A stretch of 63,477 bases of DNA, filler included, from Octopus bimaculoides (lineage: Eukaryota): NCBI RefSeq assembly GCF_001194135.2. It is 7 parts of 6 records of this genome, joined end to end, with 100 filler letters (N's around TTAATTAATTAA, not from the genome) between each part and the next. Parts side by side here need not be neighbours in the genome. Positions count along the whole stretch, not along the records: positions 1 to 12,345 come from NC_068989.1; positions 12,446 to 18,896 come from NC_068993.1; 5 more parts are not named here. One strand, given 5' to 3'. Of the stretch, positions 1 to 13,098 are shown one piece after another. A program made the position numbers and the translations under genes. Positions within the stretch are counted from its first letter, which is position 1, and every line of letters begins with the position of its first letter. The notes beneath the pieces are model-generated. The model saw only the letters and a list, made by a program, of their open reading frames with translations, did not search any database and was not told the DNA's origin.

Positions 1-627
1 TATATATATGAGCTTTAGCATCAATATTCAATTGTTTTTAAACAATTGCCGCTCCCTTTCAATATACAAATATCTGATGCAATCTATATTAGATTGATTA
101 TTCTCCAAATGTACATGGCAAGTAGAAGTGATCATCATAATCATTCTAACCACAAATAACGATTCCTCAATCATCATCATAACCATTACCAAAATAATAA
201 CCAAGAATCGCCATCATTATCGCATTCATCATCTCAACTATCTCTATCACAGCCATAAAGTTATCGTAATTATCGCGTTAATAATATTTCCCACCGTTAC
301 CCTCTTCAACAGAACGTAGCATTAACATGAATATCATAAATATCATCATAGTTTCCTATGATAATAGTCAAATGTTATCATTTTCCCTCCTAGTATCCTC
401 CTTAATTTCTTTCCTTTTATCTATTATGTCTGCGAAATTTTCCCAGCAACTCTACGTACGTTCTTATCTCCGACATCTTACAATAGTTGTATATAACATG
501 TTAATCCATAAGTAATTTATATGCATATGCAGACACACACTGACTCTCACACGAGTATATTTGTATGTGTGAATATATGTGTATATATAAACACAAGCGC
601 AAACGTGACTGTGTGATAAGAAGCATC

Positions 628-795
628 GGCGCAGGTGTGGCTGTGTGGTTAGAAGCTTGCTTCCCAACCAATGGTTCTCGGTTCAGTCCTACTGCGTGAT
701 ACCTTGGTCAAGTGTCTTCTACTATAGCCTCAGGCGGCCCAAAGCCTTGTGAGTTTATTTGGTATACAGAAACTGAAAGAAGCCCGTTGTATGTA

Positions 796-828
<33 letters not shown>

Positions 829-979
829 CTCTCTCTCTCTGTCTATATATATATATATATANNNNNNNNNNNNNNNNNNNNNNNNNNNNNNNNNNNNNNN
901 NNNNNNNNNNNNNNNNNNNNNNNNNNNNNNNNNNNNNNNNNNNNNNNNNNNNNNNNNNNNNNNNNNNNNNNNNNNNNNN

Positions 980-1023
<44 letters not shown>

Positions 1024-1195
1024 TGTGTCTGCTCTCCACCATCGATGCCGGTGTACTTGTGTCCCGTAAGTTAGCGGTTCGGCAAAAGGACCGGTAGAAT
1101 AAGTACTAGGCTTACAGAGGATAACACCTGATGTCGATCTGTTCGGCTAAACGTGGTGCTCCAGCACGGCCGCAGTCAAATGACTGAAACAATTG
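628..1195 (+). mobile_element. tRNA-derived SINE (family A), full length with internal microsatellite and gap
   Basis: tRNA-like head (GGTGTGGCTGTGTGGTTAG...GGTTCAGTCC), CORE-like CCTTGGTCAAGTGTCTTCTACTATAGCCTC, and a 3' end GTGCTCCAGCACGGCCGCAGTCAAATGACTGAAAC that recurs many times in the window. Confidence 0.85.
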
Positions 1196-1220
1196 AATGA
1201 ATAAAACAATAAACCAATAC

Positions 1221-1300
1221 TTATATATACTTATATATACTTATATATTCTTATATATACTTATATATACTTATATATACTTATATATACTTATATATAC
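1221..1300. repeat. 10-bp tandem repeat (TTATATATAC)x8
   Basis: Read directly; one unit carries a substitution. Confidence 0.95.
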
Positions 1301-1390
1301 GCGCGCCCCAGAGCTAGGCAGAAATTTACTGAAGGAAAAAAAACACACAATAAATTCCCACCCAGCTCGAAGGACAAAAAAACGACTCAC

Positions 1391-1405
1391 CTTGACGACT
1401 TTCAT
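1391..1405 (-). CDS. Putative first coding micro-exon (MKVVK) of a gene running off the left end of the window
   Basis: Minus strand reads ggaacaaaATG AAA GTC GTC AAG|GTGAGT: A-rich start context, consensus donor, CpG-rich surroundings. Product not identifiable from 5 aa. Confidence 0.6.
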
Positions 1406-1419
1406 TTTGTTCCTTTTTT

Positions 1420-1500
1420 CCTATTCGCGGAGCCAAAGTTCGCGTCTTCTGTCTCTGGAAGCAACAGACCAACTAACGGCGCATGCGCAGAAGTAAGCAA
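1420..1500 (-). promoter_or_regulatory. CpG-rich promoter/5'UTR with palindromic GCGCATGCGC (NRF1/EWG-type) motif at 1479-1488
   Basis: Exact match to the NRF1 consensus about 75 bp upstream of the ATG; local CpG enrichment in an otherwise CpG-poor sequence. Confidence 0.6.
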
Positions 1501-2079
1501 GCTACTTACCACACAGCCACTCCTATTAACATTTTTTCTTTCTTTTCGTACCGAAAAAGCGCTTCCCATGGTTTTGAAGTGCAAAAACATTGGCCAAAAT
1601 AGGTTCGGAGTGGGATGGTGAGGGAGGTGGGTGTAAAAATAAAAAAGAGTTTTGGAGACAGTTTTTCATACACAGAAGGCCCTCCCAACCAACCCCGTCA
1701 TTTCGAAGAGAAAATTTTCCCCTCAAATTTTTTTATAATCGTAATCTATGCGATTTGAAAGGGATTTGTATAAACTTTCATTAAAAGATACCCGTTTTCT
1801 GAAAGTTATGAGGGGAAAAATACGGATTGTGTGAATTTTCCGAAATTCCTCTCTTCATCCCCTCGGAAAAATTCTTTCCCATAAATCCTTACATGCTCTG
1901 AAGCCACACCATCTAAGCGGCATTTCTAGAAAATTATGTTATAAAGTATCTCTTTTTCTGAATGTCATGAGGCAACAAATTCGGGGGCGTGTATGTCTGT
2001 AGTAATGCCTTTATTTATACGATTTTTTCATTTCATGTTTATTTAATTCACTGCTTGCAATGTTCTCTCTCCCCCCTTC

Positions 2080-2144
<65 letters not shown>

Positions 2145-2557
2145 CACACACACGCACGCACACACACACACACTGCAAAGCTTACAGATGGACTGCTGAA
2201 TTGAAATCTCTATGTTGCTTTGAGGAGAAGGTAAAACTTAACAAACTGTTTCTTCCTTTGCTGTTGGAATACTGTGATGTTTGTTTAAAAAAGAGATATT
2301 GTGACTGTGATAAAATAACGAAAGTAATATTTACTAAGATAGTGACCACTATTATACAAAGAAATAATTAGACGTAAAATATCCTAGAATTACTAGATTT
2401 GAGAATCAAATGTGAAAATAGTATGAAGGTGCCCGCAGTAAACCACCCGGAGGGCGGTCTTTCTGATAGTGTATGTAGTGCCGATATGATCTATACATGC
2501 ATATACATGCATGCATATACATACATGCATATACATGCATGCATATATATATATATA

Positions 2558-2631
<74 letters not shown>

Positions 2632-2817
2632 CAGGTGAATATGATACTTAAGTTTAGGCACCAGAATTAAGTATGGTACTATACGTACAGTTTCAAAGTA
2701 AGGTGATAAAAGTCAAAATAAGCAACAAGGATATCCAAAGTTAATGCAGTACCATCGTTTCATGCGACTCTATTTAATTAAGCAATGTGAACATTACATC
2801 AAATCATATACATTTAT

Positions 2818-2856
<39 letters not shown>

Positions 2857-3668
2857 CTGGACTACCCGTGACCTGTTGGGTCACCGGGAAACTTTGAGTT
2901 TCCCAGTAACAGAGTTTTGTTTTGTTGGTTGGAAAGATTTGGCTGTTATTTCTTGCTCGACCTGCTACCACTCAACAGGTATTTCGGGTCCTTTATCACA
3001 AACAAATGTTACGTGGTAGCAGGGCCTGCTAGGAACACCAGCCAATTTTTTTGAGGGGCGACGTTGAATACACTCGAAAAAAACTCACACTGAGTTTACG
3101 AACGGGTCTTTTACGAAATAGCTACCACATTTTTAAAGTCACTTTCACTTTAGAATATTTTTTTAAGTATGGCAAAAAAAATTTTATAATGGTGTTCACT
3201 TGAAAATAATTTTTGAAAACATTAAAATATTGTCTGGTTAAAGAGAGTTAAAATATAAATACTTATTGTACAAACAACTTACATTTTTGAAAACATATTC
3301 ACTTAAAAATATTTGTAAATGATTAAAATATTGTGTTCAACAAAAGCGAAAATAGAAATTGTAAAAAAAATCGTTTTTTTTTTCTTTCGTTGGCAATTCA
3401 CTGTTTAATAGAAAGATGAGATTGTCTTACCTTTCAGGATGATGATTATTTTCGAAACATTTTCCCATTATGCACCGTTTTGGGTATTTATACCCTGAAA
3501 ATCTCTAATATCTTGAAAACTACTTCATCGATTTACGCGAAGCCTGTTTCATTCGATTCGTATTAACATTTCAGGGCACACTTAATTCAAGGTACTTTCC
3601 CATTATGCGCCAGTTTCGCTGATTAACATTACAAGCCAGCAAGGAAGATTGAAACTGATTTTTAATGC

Positions 3669-3710
<42 letters not shown>

Positions 3711-3769
3711 CTTTTATCTTTAACCTTTTAGTGATTTCAGCCAGAGGCTGGGGCTATGCTGGAGCACCT

Positions 3770-6700
3770 TCTATCAGTGCCATTGGGTCTCCTTTCTGTA
3801 CTGTTGTTGGTGAAGATTCGAACTGGACAAAGTTTCCCTTCTTTGTGCCTCCTACCACCATATCGGTTCCTCTGGGATTTCAGATAGAAGTTTGTCCAGG
3901 TGCTTTTTGAATGTTTCCACATCTACACCCTGCAGATCTCTTAGGTTCCTTGGCAGGATGTTAAACACCTGTGGTCCCCGAAAACCCAAGTTGTTACAAC
4001 ACTGTGTCCTCAACTGAGATAAAGAAGACGGGATCTTTGGTATTATGAAGTGCTGTCCTTTTCGACAGTTGGTGTAGCTTTTAATTCCAAAGTTGGGAAC
4101 TAGAACTTCCAGGATCTTCCATATGTATATCACTGCATACCTTTCTCGCCTTCCCTCCAGGGAATAGGGCTTTAGTTCTTGCAGCCTCTCCTAGTAGCTC
4201 ATCTGTTTCACCGAGTCAATCTTTTTTACGTTGTGGTGCTAGATTGCTTCAAGTTCCGCAACAAATTTGACGCTCTGTGGCGCCCACAGTTGGGAGCAGT
4301 AATCCAGACGACTGGAGAAAAATGCCCTCTATAGGAATAGCAGGGTATATATATTTCTGGTCCTGAATGGCTCAATGTTGCCATCCTGGCAATATGCACA
4401 TGGAACGTTGCATTACTACTCATGTAGATTCTTAGAGTGTTTGAAAGTTATCAACACTGAACTACGTGCTATTTTCATCAGCCAATTTATATATTACATG
4501 CAGGTCATTTTGGAGTTTTACTATGTCATCAAGGTCCTTGACTGCCTGAGATACTGTTATATCATCAGCGTAGCTGGTGAGGGTGGCTGACTACACATCA
4601 TGAGGACGTGTCTGAGAGAACCACGACAAACATTAGTGGTCCTGGTACAGTTCCCTGAGGAACTCCACTGCGGATTGATGTCTTCTAGAGAGAGCACCAT
4701 TGGCTGTAACTATCTGACTTCTGTCCTTTAAAAGGTCGTGCAAGCACACTCTTTGTTTTCCAGCGATAGCAAGGTCATGTCGTTTGTGACATATCATCCC
4801 GTGATCAACTTTGGCTAAGGCCTTGACAAAGTCGAGATATATTACATTCACATTTGAGTAGCTGCTGTTTCAGTACCCAGTCATAATGTCATAGTAGCTG
4901 TGTGAGATATCTTCTTCCTGGATGGAAACTATGTTGTGTATTTGTGAGCAAGTTATTCTCTTCCAAGAAAGTGATCAGTCTCCTTCTGACAATGTATTCC
5001 ATGACCTTGCTAATATGTGAAGTCAAGAGAGATGGGCCTGTAATTTGTAGCATCTGCTCTGCTTCCTCTTGTATTGACAGAATATATGATACCCTTTTTT
5101 AACAGTTTGGGAAATTTTCCACATGCAAGGTAACTCTAAAACAGTATCTGCAGTGGTTTTGCGAGAGCCTTCTTGCATGCTTTTCGGAGAACAGACGGGA
5201 AGCCATCTGGTCCCGTTGCTCATATCATCGATAGCCAATATTACATCTTTTATGTCGATGTAATCGATGGTTGCCTTTTTCCCAAGTAGGTCTGCAGATT
5301 TGAAGAATTCTTTAGCCTCTCCCACTTGCCAGTCTCCCAGTAAAAGAGGTAAAGACACACTGGATGGAACTGCTTATTTAGTACTTGAGTTATCCTCTTG
5401 GTGTCTGCAGTTAGCGAGCCGTCTTCTTGGTACAATGACCATATCTTCCATTGCACTGTTGCAGACCCTTTCGCGAACTTGAGAAGGCTTTAACATTTAT
5501 TTTTTTTATATTTTCCACCACCCTGCTTTCTCTTTCTACCATTCCTTTTCAAGGGAGAGTCTCAGTTTATTTTTGATTTCTAAAAGTCTCTCTTCTAGGG
5601 GCGGAGGTGGATTTCTCGCTGTCAATAAGCTGTTTGTTTAAGCGATTAATGATTTTTATTCTCTGTCTCATAAGGTCTCTCCTGTCAGAAGGAATGATGT
5701 TTTTGCATGTGATTGCTGTCGTCTCTGGGACAAATTTCATGCAAATGGCTTGCATTATTGACATGAATATTTTAAGTTTCATATCAATGTCTGACGTAGA
5801 GAGACTTTTGACAATTTTGCTGGATAATCCGTTTTTCAGTTAACTTCAAATCAGATTTGTAGAAGTTCAGACTAGACAGAGTCTGGGCGCCGTCTGTTAA
5901 ATCAATTAATACATCATTAATTAGTCTTGGATCATTCATCATCAGTTCTGCCATGTTGTAAGTAAGATCTACATTGTTGGTGAAACACAGGTCTGATGTG
6001 ATATTTTTTTTGTTGTGGAGAGCATCGTCTGCTCCATGAACAGGATCTTTGTGAGATCAAGGAGAGATTCTGCTTGGTTACGCTCTTTGTGTGTCATTCC
6101 TGAGATTCTGTGGCCTTCGGGCCATTTGATGTAAGGGAAGTTGAAATCACTCATCAGAAGTATATTAACACTTCGATCCAGTTTTGTTAGTACTTCTTTT
6201 ATCGTTGTAAGACTTACCTCAAATTTACCATCGTGATTTGAGACATCAGGTGGGCGATACAGTGTACATGTTATCACATCAAGCTGCATTATATGCATTA
6301 TGAGTGTATCACAGACCGAGTTTGAGAATGACAACAGGGTTAGCAGTGTGACAATTCCGTCTGCACGGAATGCAGCATACATTGGTATGTGTATCTCTGC
6401 GTCATTCATATATGCAGGGTGATATTTCTCTGCAAGTATAATGTATATCTATCGCTTGGTTGCATGCAGAAAGATCTCTAAGGTACGCAATTTTTTTTCT
6501 TTCTTTTATTGCTGTTGCTTTCTAAGAAGCCTCTAATATTTATTAAAAGAATTGGTCTGATTGCCGGCTTTGCGGAAAAGGTGACCATCTTGGGTCTGTT
6601 ATTTTGGGTGGTCTTGTATGTGGGTGTGTGTGGCTCAGTTGTGACTGCAATCACGCCAGCTGCTGCAGCATCTTTTGTGGCACACCTGAAAAATGTTGTT

Positions 6701-6790
6701 GCTCGATGGTTGCAGCTCACATTGCATCCGCATACAGGTTTTTGTTCTTTGTTGCAAGCCTGTAGTGTAGTAAGCGTTCCTCAGAGGTAA
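3770..6790 (-). mobile_element. Degraded CR1/L2-group LINE (APE endonuclease + RT), frameshifted and internally deleted
   Basis: APE motifs LINIRG, TLYRPP, SDFNFP; RT motif NVIYLDFVKALAKVDHG; C-terminal YIWKILEVLVPNFGI and FKKHLDKLLSEIPEEP in broken ORFs. Confidence 0.9.
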
Positions 6791-7285
6791 GCAGATAGAT
6801 TCAGAGAAAGATATATGTATGTGTATAGACAAATGTGTAAATGTAAAATATATTATATGTATATATATATATATATGCACCAACACAGACACTGAGACAA
6901 ACATATATATATAATCAAATGTGTATGTGTGTATGTTTATATATACATATACACATGCATACACATATATGTATTATTTTTAATGAGGAATGTCATCTTT
7001 TTTATTCAAAATTTTACGCAAGAATTTTTCTTCTTCCTAGAACTTTTCAAATGTCGGTATTCATTTCAAAATGCCTCAGAATTAACAGTGATTCTCGTGT
7101 TAAATAGCGTGTGTGTGTGTGTATTTCTTCTGGCACAAGCTTGTGTTTCTAACATTCTCGAAATTAAAATAACTGATGCCATGCTGTCGTTACCAGAAAA
7201 GGAAAAGAAGACGCAACAGTACAAGGGCCCATTAAGTTTTCGGGACAACTTTACTGATATTTTGTTGAATTTTATTATACTGTAT

Positions 7286-7618
7286 CCGGAAAGTTTGCCG
7301 CAGAAAATTTCGCCTCTGGATTTTTGCCCGTAAGAAAGTTCGCCGCAAGACAATTTCCCCGAAACAAAAAAGAATTGCTCCTTTGGTATATAATTGTTTC
7401 AACCAACCTATATTATATTATATTATATTATCATGGCAAAGCTACAGGGTTGAGGGGAAAATAAATCAATTTAAAAGATAACAATGGTTTTAAAAAGAAG
7501 AAATTCTGCTTAAATGAAAAGTAATACAAAATAAATATAACATTTACAAAGAACAAAAAGAAAAGAAAAAACAGTTAAATCTCAAACAGAATTATAAAAA
7601 CGTTTTATATATATATAC

Positions 7619-7653
<35 letters not shown>

Positions 7654-7830
7654 TGTATAAAAAGCAATTTTTTTCAGATCTCCAAATTGTCTAAATCACG
7701 TTGCCTGCCATATCTTCGAAATTATCTTTAAGGTGAAATTGTCTTACGACAAAATTTCCTGTACGGCAAAGTTTCCTACGGCGAGTTTTCCTGCGGCAAA
7801 AATGTTTAAGGCGTATGTTCCCAGAACCTT
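7286..7830. repeat. Foldback-like structure: inverted arrays of ~15-bp subrepeats around an AT-rich core
   Basis: Left units CCGCAGAAAATTTCG-like (7298-7357); right units CGAGTTTTCCTGCGG-like (7717-7811) are approximately their reverse complement. Confidence 0.55.
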
Positions 7831-8699
7831 TATTATAAATACGAAGATGCTGAGAGCTAGATACCATATCGGTCAGGAGAGGTAGCATCAACTGAAGGAG
7901 CAGTGACAGTAGTAGTAGCAAGGACAGTAACAGCAGCTGTAATCGTAGAAGTAGCAGAATTTGGTTTGGAAAATAGGAATAATCTGAATCATTTTATTTT
8001 TTCATTTCCTTTTTTCTCTTGTATATTGTATTTTTATATCCTTCCTTAAAATGTATTAACCGAAGATAATGAATTAGGATAAATTCTATTCAGTCTGTGT
8101 TGAATGCATAATGAATTGAAAACATTATGATAACTATTCTGAAAGCTCATCAACCGAGGAAGCCAATGAATAGAAGGATCTCTCTATGCTTCCGGCTTAG
8201 GATTGAAAGGAATAGGAAACAATTCATGCGAATTTGTCTTCTGTTTGCCCTTGCTGCTTTTTGTAATTTTGTGTGTAAGGTGTACTATAGATATGAGGTA
8301 AACACCTTTTCCATTTTATCTAAACTAAATTCTGATTATCAGATATAGCTTCAATGACCTCCCTTCACACATGTGACTAAATCCATTTGAGAAGTTAAAA
8401 TGCTTCGCTACAATTTATATCGTTTAACGTTAATGGTACTGACCACCTTATTTTATCTGATAAGGAAGGGTTAATAAATAGAAAATATTTATCGTTTATT
8501 GAACTATGGGTCAGGAAACAAATATATTTATCGTTATGTTTTAAATGTATTTTTTCTTTTAATATATTAATAGTTAAGCTTTCTTTATTGAATAAACATG
8601 AGATAGCGTCCATTCTTGATGACAATTCACATTTCATAAACATCATGAATACATATGAAAGCTGCAACTTGTGTTTTTGCTATTTTAAATTTTAGGGCA

Positions 8700-8895
8700 A
8701 AATGCATAGCCAGACAAAATGCTTAACGCCATTTCCTCCATCTTTTACGTTTTGACTACAAATTCTGCCAAGGTCGACTACGCCTGTCATATGTTGGGGT
8801 CGATGAAATAAGTGCCAGTTCAGAACTGGGATTGAAATAATCAACTAGTGCCACCCCAACAAATTTCGGGCTTTGTGCCTATAGCAGAAATTATT
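8700..8895 (+). mobile_element. tRNA-derived SINE (family B), diverged
   Basis: Matches other copies: AAAATGCTTA...AAATTCTGCCAAGGTCGACT...AATAAGTGCCAGTT...TTGTGCCTATAG. Confidence 0.75.
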
Positions 8896-11339
8896 ATTCA
8901 CACAAATTGGTGGCAAGATGTCACAGCGAGAATGAAAAGGAAAGAATATCAATCCTAAATCAACCCGACAAATAACGAAACATGAAAATGCAGCCAGAAC
9001 TTTCATTTTTGCACCCAGGAACAACGTACACTGACAGGTTTGTGTATGTTTTCTTAGAGTAAATATTTACGTAAGACAAATATGCACTGGAAGTATTTTA
9101 GTAATATGTAAGTAGTTTCTTCGCCGTTTCTACCTGTTGGGCCAATCTACCGCCGCCCTAGACGGGTGCATTTTTTTTTTTTTGACCTCCAAAAAAATGA
9201 ATTGTAACGTTGTTCTGGGTGTACATTAAGACAGTTGGAACAAATGTTGTAAGGAGTCTCTATTCTACAAGCTAATGACTTTGCTAACATTCAGCCGTTA
9301 CACAGATCCATGTATATGGACGAATGTGTGTTCATGATTTTGTACACATTTTCTTTCTTTTTCTTTCTTTTTCGTCTTTTTTTTTCGAGACACTTGCTTT
9401 TATGAGATGACAAACAGTGACAGACAACATTAATCGCTTTTTTTTCAAATCAGTGTATTTTGAAAGCTACTTGAGTCTATAAAACAGTAGCTATCATCGT
9501 AGATGTTAGCCCACCATCAAACACCGCCCACGCGAATGAGTTACCCACCTCTGCACGATTTTTTGTGCACATTTTGTTCCATGATGTGACACGAGACAGA
9601 AACTTTTGAGAGTACTTTTTAATGATTAAAACATTATCTTATACACCAACATAAACAGCATGAGAGACTAAACAACCAAACATTGCTGTGCAATGTTTTC
9701 TCTCAGCCCTAAAATAGGTAATCATAATGAACGTAACTACATTCTTCTATTTCTATAATGTTCTCATCTATTTTCTCAGTTTAACCAGGTAGAATATGCT
9801 TCGCTGAAGAGATTTAATAATACTGAAACATGTCCGTTCCTTTCCTTATTCCGTTTTAAAATCCTGTCTTTATCCAGTTATTCTCCAAATCATATTTCTG
9901 TAGTGTTTCCCTTTGTTTGTTGCTTTTTATACCAAAGACCAATCTGCAGTGAGTTTTATTCCACTAATTGAAAGGATAACATAGCGAAGACCCAGCTTGT
10001 GGAAACCTACGCGAAGGTATTTCTATCAGCACCATTGCTAATCTTCATTCCTTCTACTATTTCTACAAATACAGATTACTTAGAAACATATGTGAATTGA
10101 ATCGAATATACTTCAATGAGAAGACATCATATTACCGAAAAATTTCTGTCGTGTCTCTACTTGTCATTGAACAAAATATGCATTCGTATCTACATTATTG
10201 TTTTTTCGGATTAGCTTCCACCATTGGAGTTATCATCTTCGTTATTGATTTTACATTTAAAACATACTACAAGGCTTTTTCTCCAATACTAATAGCAGTG
10301 TTAAACTCGGATGATCGAAAACCAATATATGTGTGCTTACGTACATACATTCGTTTGTATGCGTTTGCAAATATTTTAGATTTGTCTCTCTATGTATGTG
10401 TTTTTACTGATATCCACATTCTCTTATACACAAAAGATAGATATTGATGCGGAAAAAGACGTGCCGTCACATCTGACACCCTTTCAATATATCTATGCTC
10501 AACCATACCTGACACTCAGTAAAACAACTGCTTTAAAATGTCCGGTCAACAAGAACCTTCAGCATCAGGCGCTCTCTATCTACCTTTTAGTATTTATTCC
10601 TGGCTTGTTCAGGTATGCTACAATGTACTACTTTAACTCTCATGAATAAGCACTAAACAAAATATATATGTATCTCTGTATGAATGTATATATGTATGTA
10701 TATGGTACACATACAACTGCATCTACTGACATAATGTAATAGGCATAAAAGACAAGTGCGCAGGTAGATTTGACACTAAAACTCAGGAGTTTTAATCTAA
10801 AATCCATAACAAAAGTGACAACTGCGACTGAAAAAAAGTAATGTTGCAACCTTCAAGCGATGAATAGCTATAAGTGGTGCATCATTGAGCGATTAGATAT
10901 ATATATATATAAGAAAGAAAAAAGGAACAGGCAAATCGAGTGTCATTTTAAAGCATGAAATTAATAATTCAAGCATAATTGTAGAGGTGCTGCAATAGAA
11001 TTTTTGTAGTAAATGGTATATAAATGAGGGAGTAAAAAGTTGTGCACAAAGTCTCTTACAGCTGTTTCGTGAATAGCTGTTCATATGAAGCATATATCAA
11101 TGGACAAAGATTTCCATATAAAAGCCAAATATTCCGTCCTCGAAGAGGAAGGATTAAGTAATATCAAAGAATATTAGTAGTTGTCAGTTCCATCATCGAA
11201 GAGGGAGTATTTGTGTATATATTTATGCACCCCCTCACACACACACAGATAAGCTCCAGATACTGTTAAAACCATTTTAAAAGACCGGTATCGCTCTTAT
11301 TCTCTCTATATATATGTGGGCGGTGCATGTGTAAGCACG

Positions 11340-11432
<93 letters not shown>

Positions 11433-11489
11433 ATAATATATATGTATGTATGTATGTATGTACACATACGTACACTGACACATGCACTC

Positions 11490-11526
<37 letters not shown>

Positions 11527-12288
11527 AGTGAATTAGATGTATAGAGTGAAATATCTATACTCAAGGGCCAAAACTACAGAAAAATTATGTTAAAAAGTAG
11601 GAAAGAGCTAAGTAGGCTGACGAGTAAGAAAAAGCTAACTTCTCACTTTGGAATAAAATGTAACTTTAGATTTACATAAAAGAAACAATAAAACATACAG
11701 CAACAAAAAAAATGTCCCTGATGAATGTTTCCTGTTCTATAGTTTATGTTTTCTTTCATATTGTAACTCTTTTGTATGTTATCATAGCTGTTTCTGTTTA
11801 GTTTATTTCTTTCACGAAGATTTGGCAACTGGCGGCGTCAATAATATTAGAAAAGTCTGTGAATCTGGTTGTAAATATAATACAATTCTCATTACCATTT
11901 ATATACGAATAAAAGATAGCTAGAACCTGTTGAGATAGTTGAGTTCAGTTGAAAGATATTCGAAATTTCTCAACAAAGGCGAACCATTTTCGACACAAAT
12001 CTCAGAATTGATTTCATCTTTTTATTTTATTTTATCGATATAGCACTTTTTGTTATTTATTTATTAAGTTAGCTGTTTTTGTATTATATTTCATTGGGTG
12101 AAAGATAGTGTCGGTTTTAATAAGTATTCAAGAAATGGTTCACAGAATTTTCCACGGTCACGGTGACAAGGGATTATCTGTGAAATTCGAGCGGAACAAG
12201 TATCACAAACATCATTGCTCACATGTACCGACGACTTATCTTATTTGTTGCCCACGATGTTTACCTTTTTACTTGTATATATAATTCT

Positions 12289-12325
<37 letters not shown>

Positions 12326-12739
12326 CTCTCGCTATATAATATATANNNNNNNNNNNNNNNNNNNNNNNNNNNNNNNNNNNNNNNNNNNNTTAATTAATTA
12401 ANNNNNNNNNNNNNNNNNNNNNNNNNNNNNNNNNNNNNNNNNNNNATATATATATATATATATATAGGCGGTGCTCCAGCGTGGCCGCATTCAAATGACT
12501 GAAATAAGTAAAAGAATATATGGATATATATGTATGTGTGTGTGTATGTATATATATTTTTAAATATATGTGTGTGTATATATATATTTTTAAATATGTG
12601 TGTGTGTATATATATATAAATATATCCCTCGGACTGCTTCTCATATCCTATTGAAAATACACACACACAATGTGCGTGTATCTGTATGTATGCATGCATG
12701 TATGTATGCATGTATGTATGTATGTAAACAGATGAGAAA

Positions 12740-13098
12740 GATAACTACGTAAGACGAAGTGCGAGATCTTTATTCCCTGTTGCCTTCAAGCGTACCGCCG
12801 AAACGAAATAGTAGACCCGGCGGTTAATGTGGAACGTAGTGGGAGAAAGAACCAAATAGCATTACGTAGCATGAAGTACATACAGACACATACGTGTGCG
12901 GGTATGTACTGATGAACGCGAGTATCTGGGGGTGGCGACAGCAACCAACCAGCAGCAGCAGCTAAGAAACACGCGAAGGGAATGAAAAGAAAAACGAAAC
13001 TGCTTCTGAGAAAGAAGGGCAGATAAAGCGACATCAGTTACACAGTTACACCTGTGTTTCGGCTGATGTCGCTTTTTTTAATGCTAATTGCAAAATAG
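12740..13098 (+). other. CpG-rich segment ending in a consensus splice donor; candidate non-coding first exon
   Basis: High CpG density, non-repetitive, ends AAAATAG|GTAAGT at 13098/13099; only a 14-codon uORF-like frame is present. Confidence 0.4.

Noticed and set aside
128-515. Two short ORFs at the window start
   Set aside because: Low-complexity ATC/AAT-rich sequence giving Ile/His-biased translations without homology.
7298-7811. Short regularly spaced repeats superficially like a CRISPR array
   Set aside because: Units are directly tandem and degenerate with no unique spacers, in a eukaryotic context without cas genes.
10392-10649. 85-aa ORF with a possible internal donor (TTCAG|GTATGC)
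   Set aside because: No recognisable homology, weak acceptor and no partner exons; not supportable as coding.
11716-11760. Another CTGATGA that could start a hammerhead (also 47109 on the minus strand)
   Set aside because: No stem II followed by GAAA and no stem I partner.
12905-13070. Possible C/D-box snoRNA (TGATGA at about 12911, CTGA at about 13004 or 13063)
   Set aside because: No terminal stem flanking the boxes and no recognisable rRNA-complementary guide.
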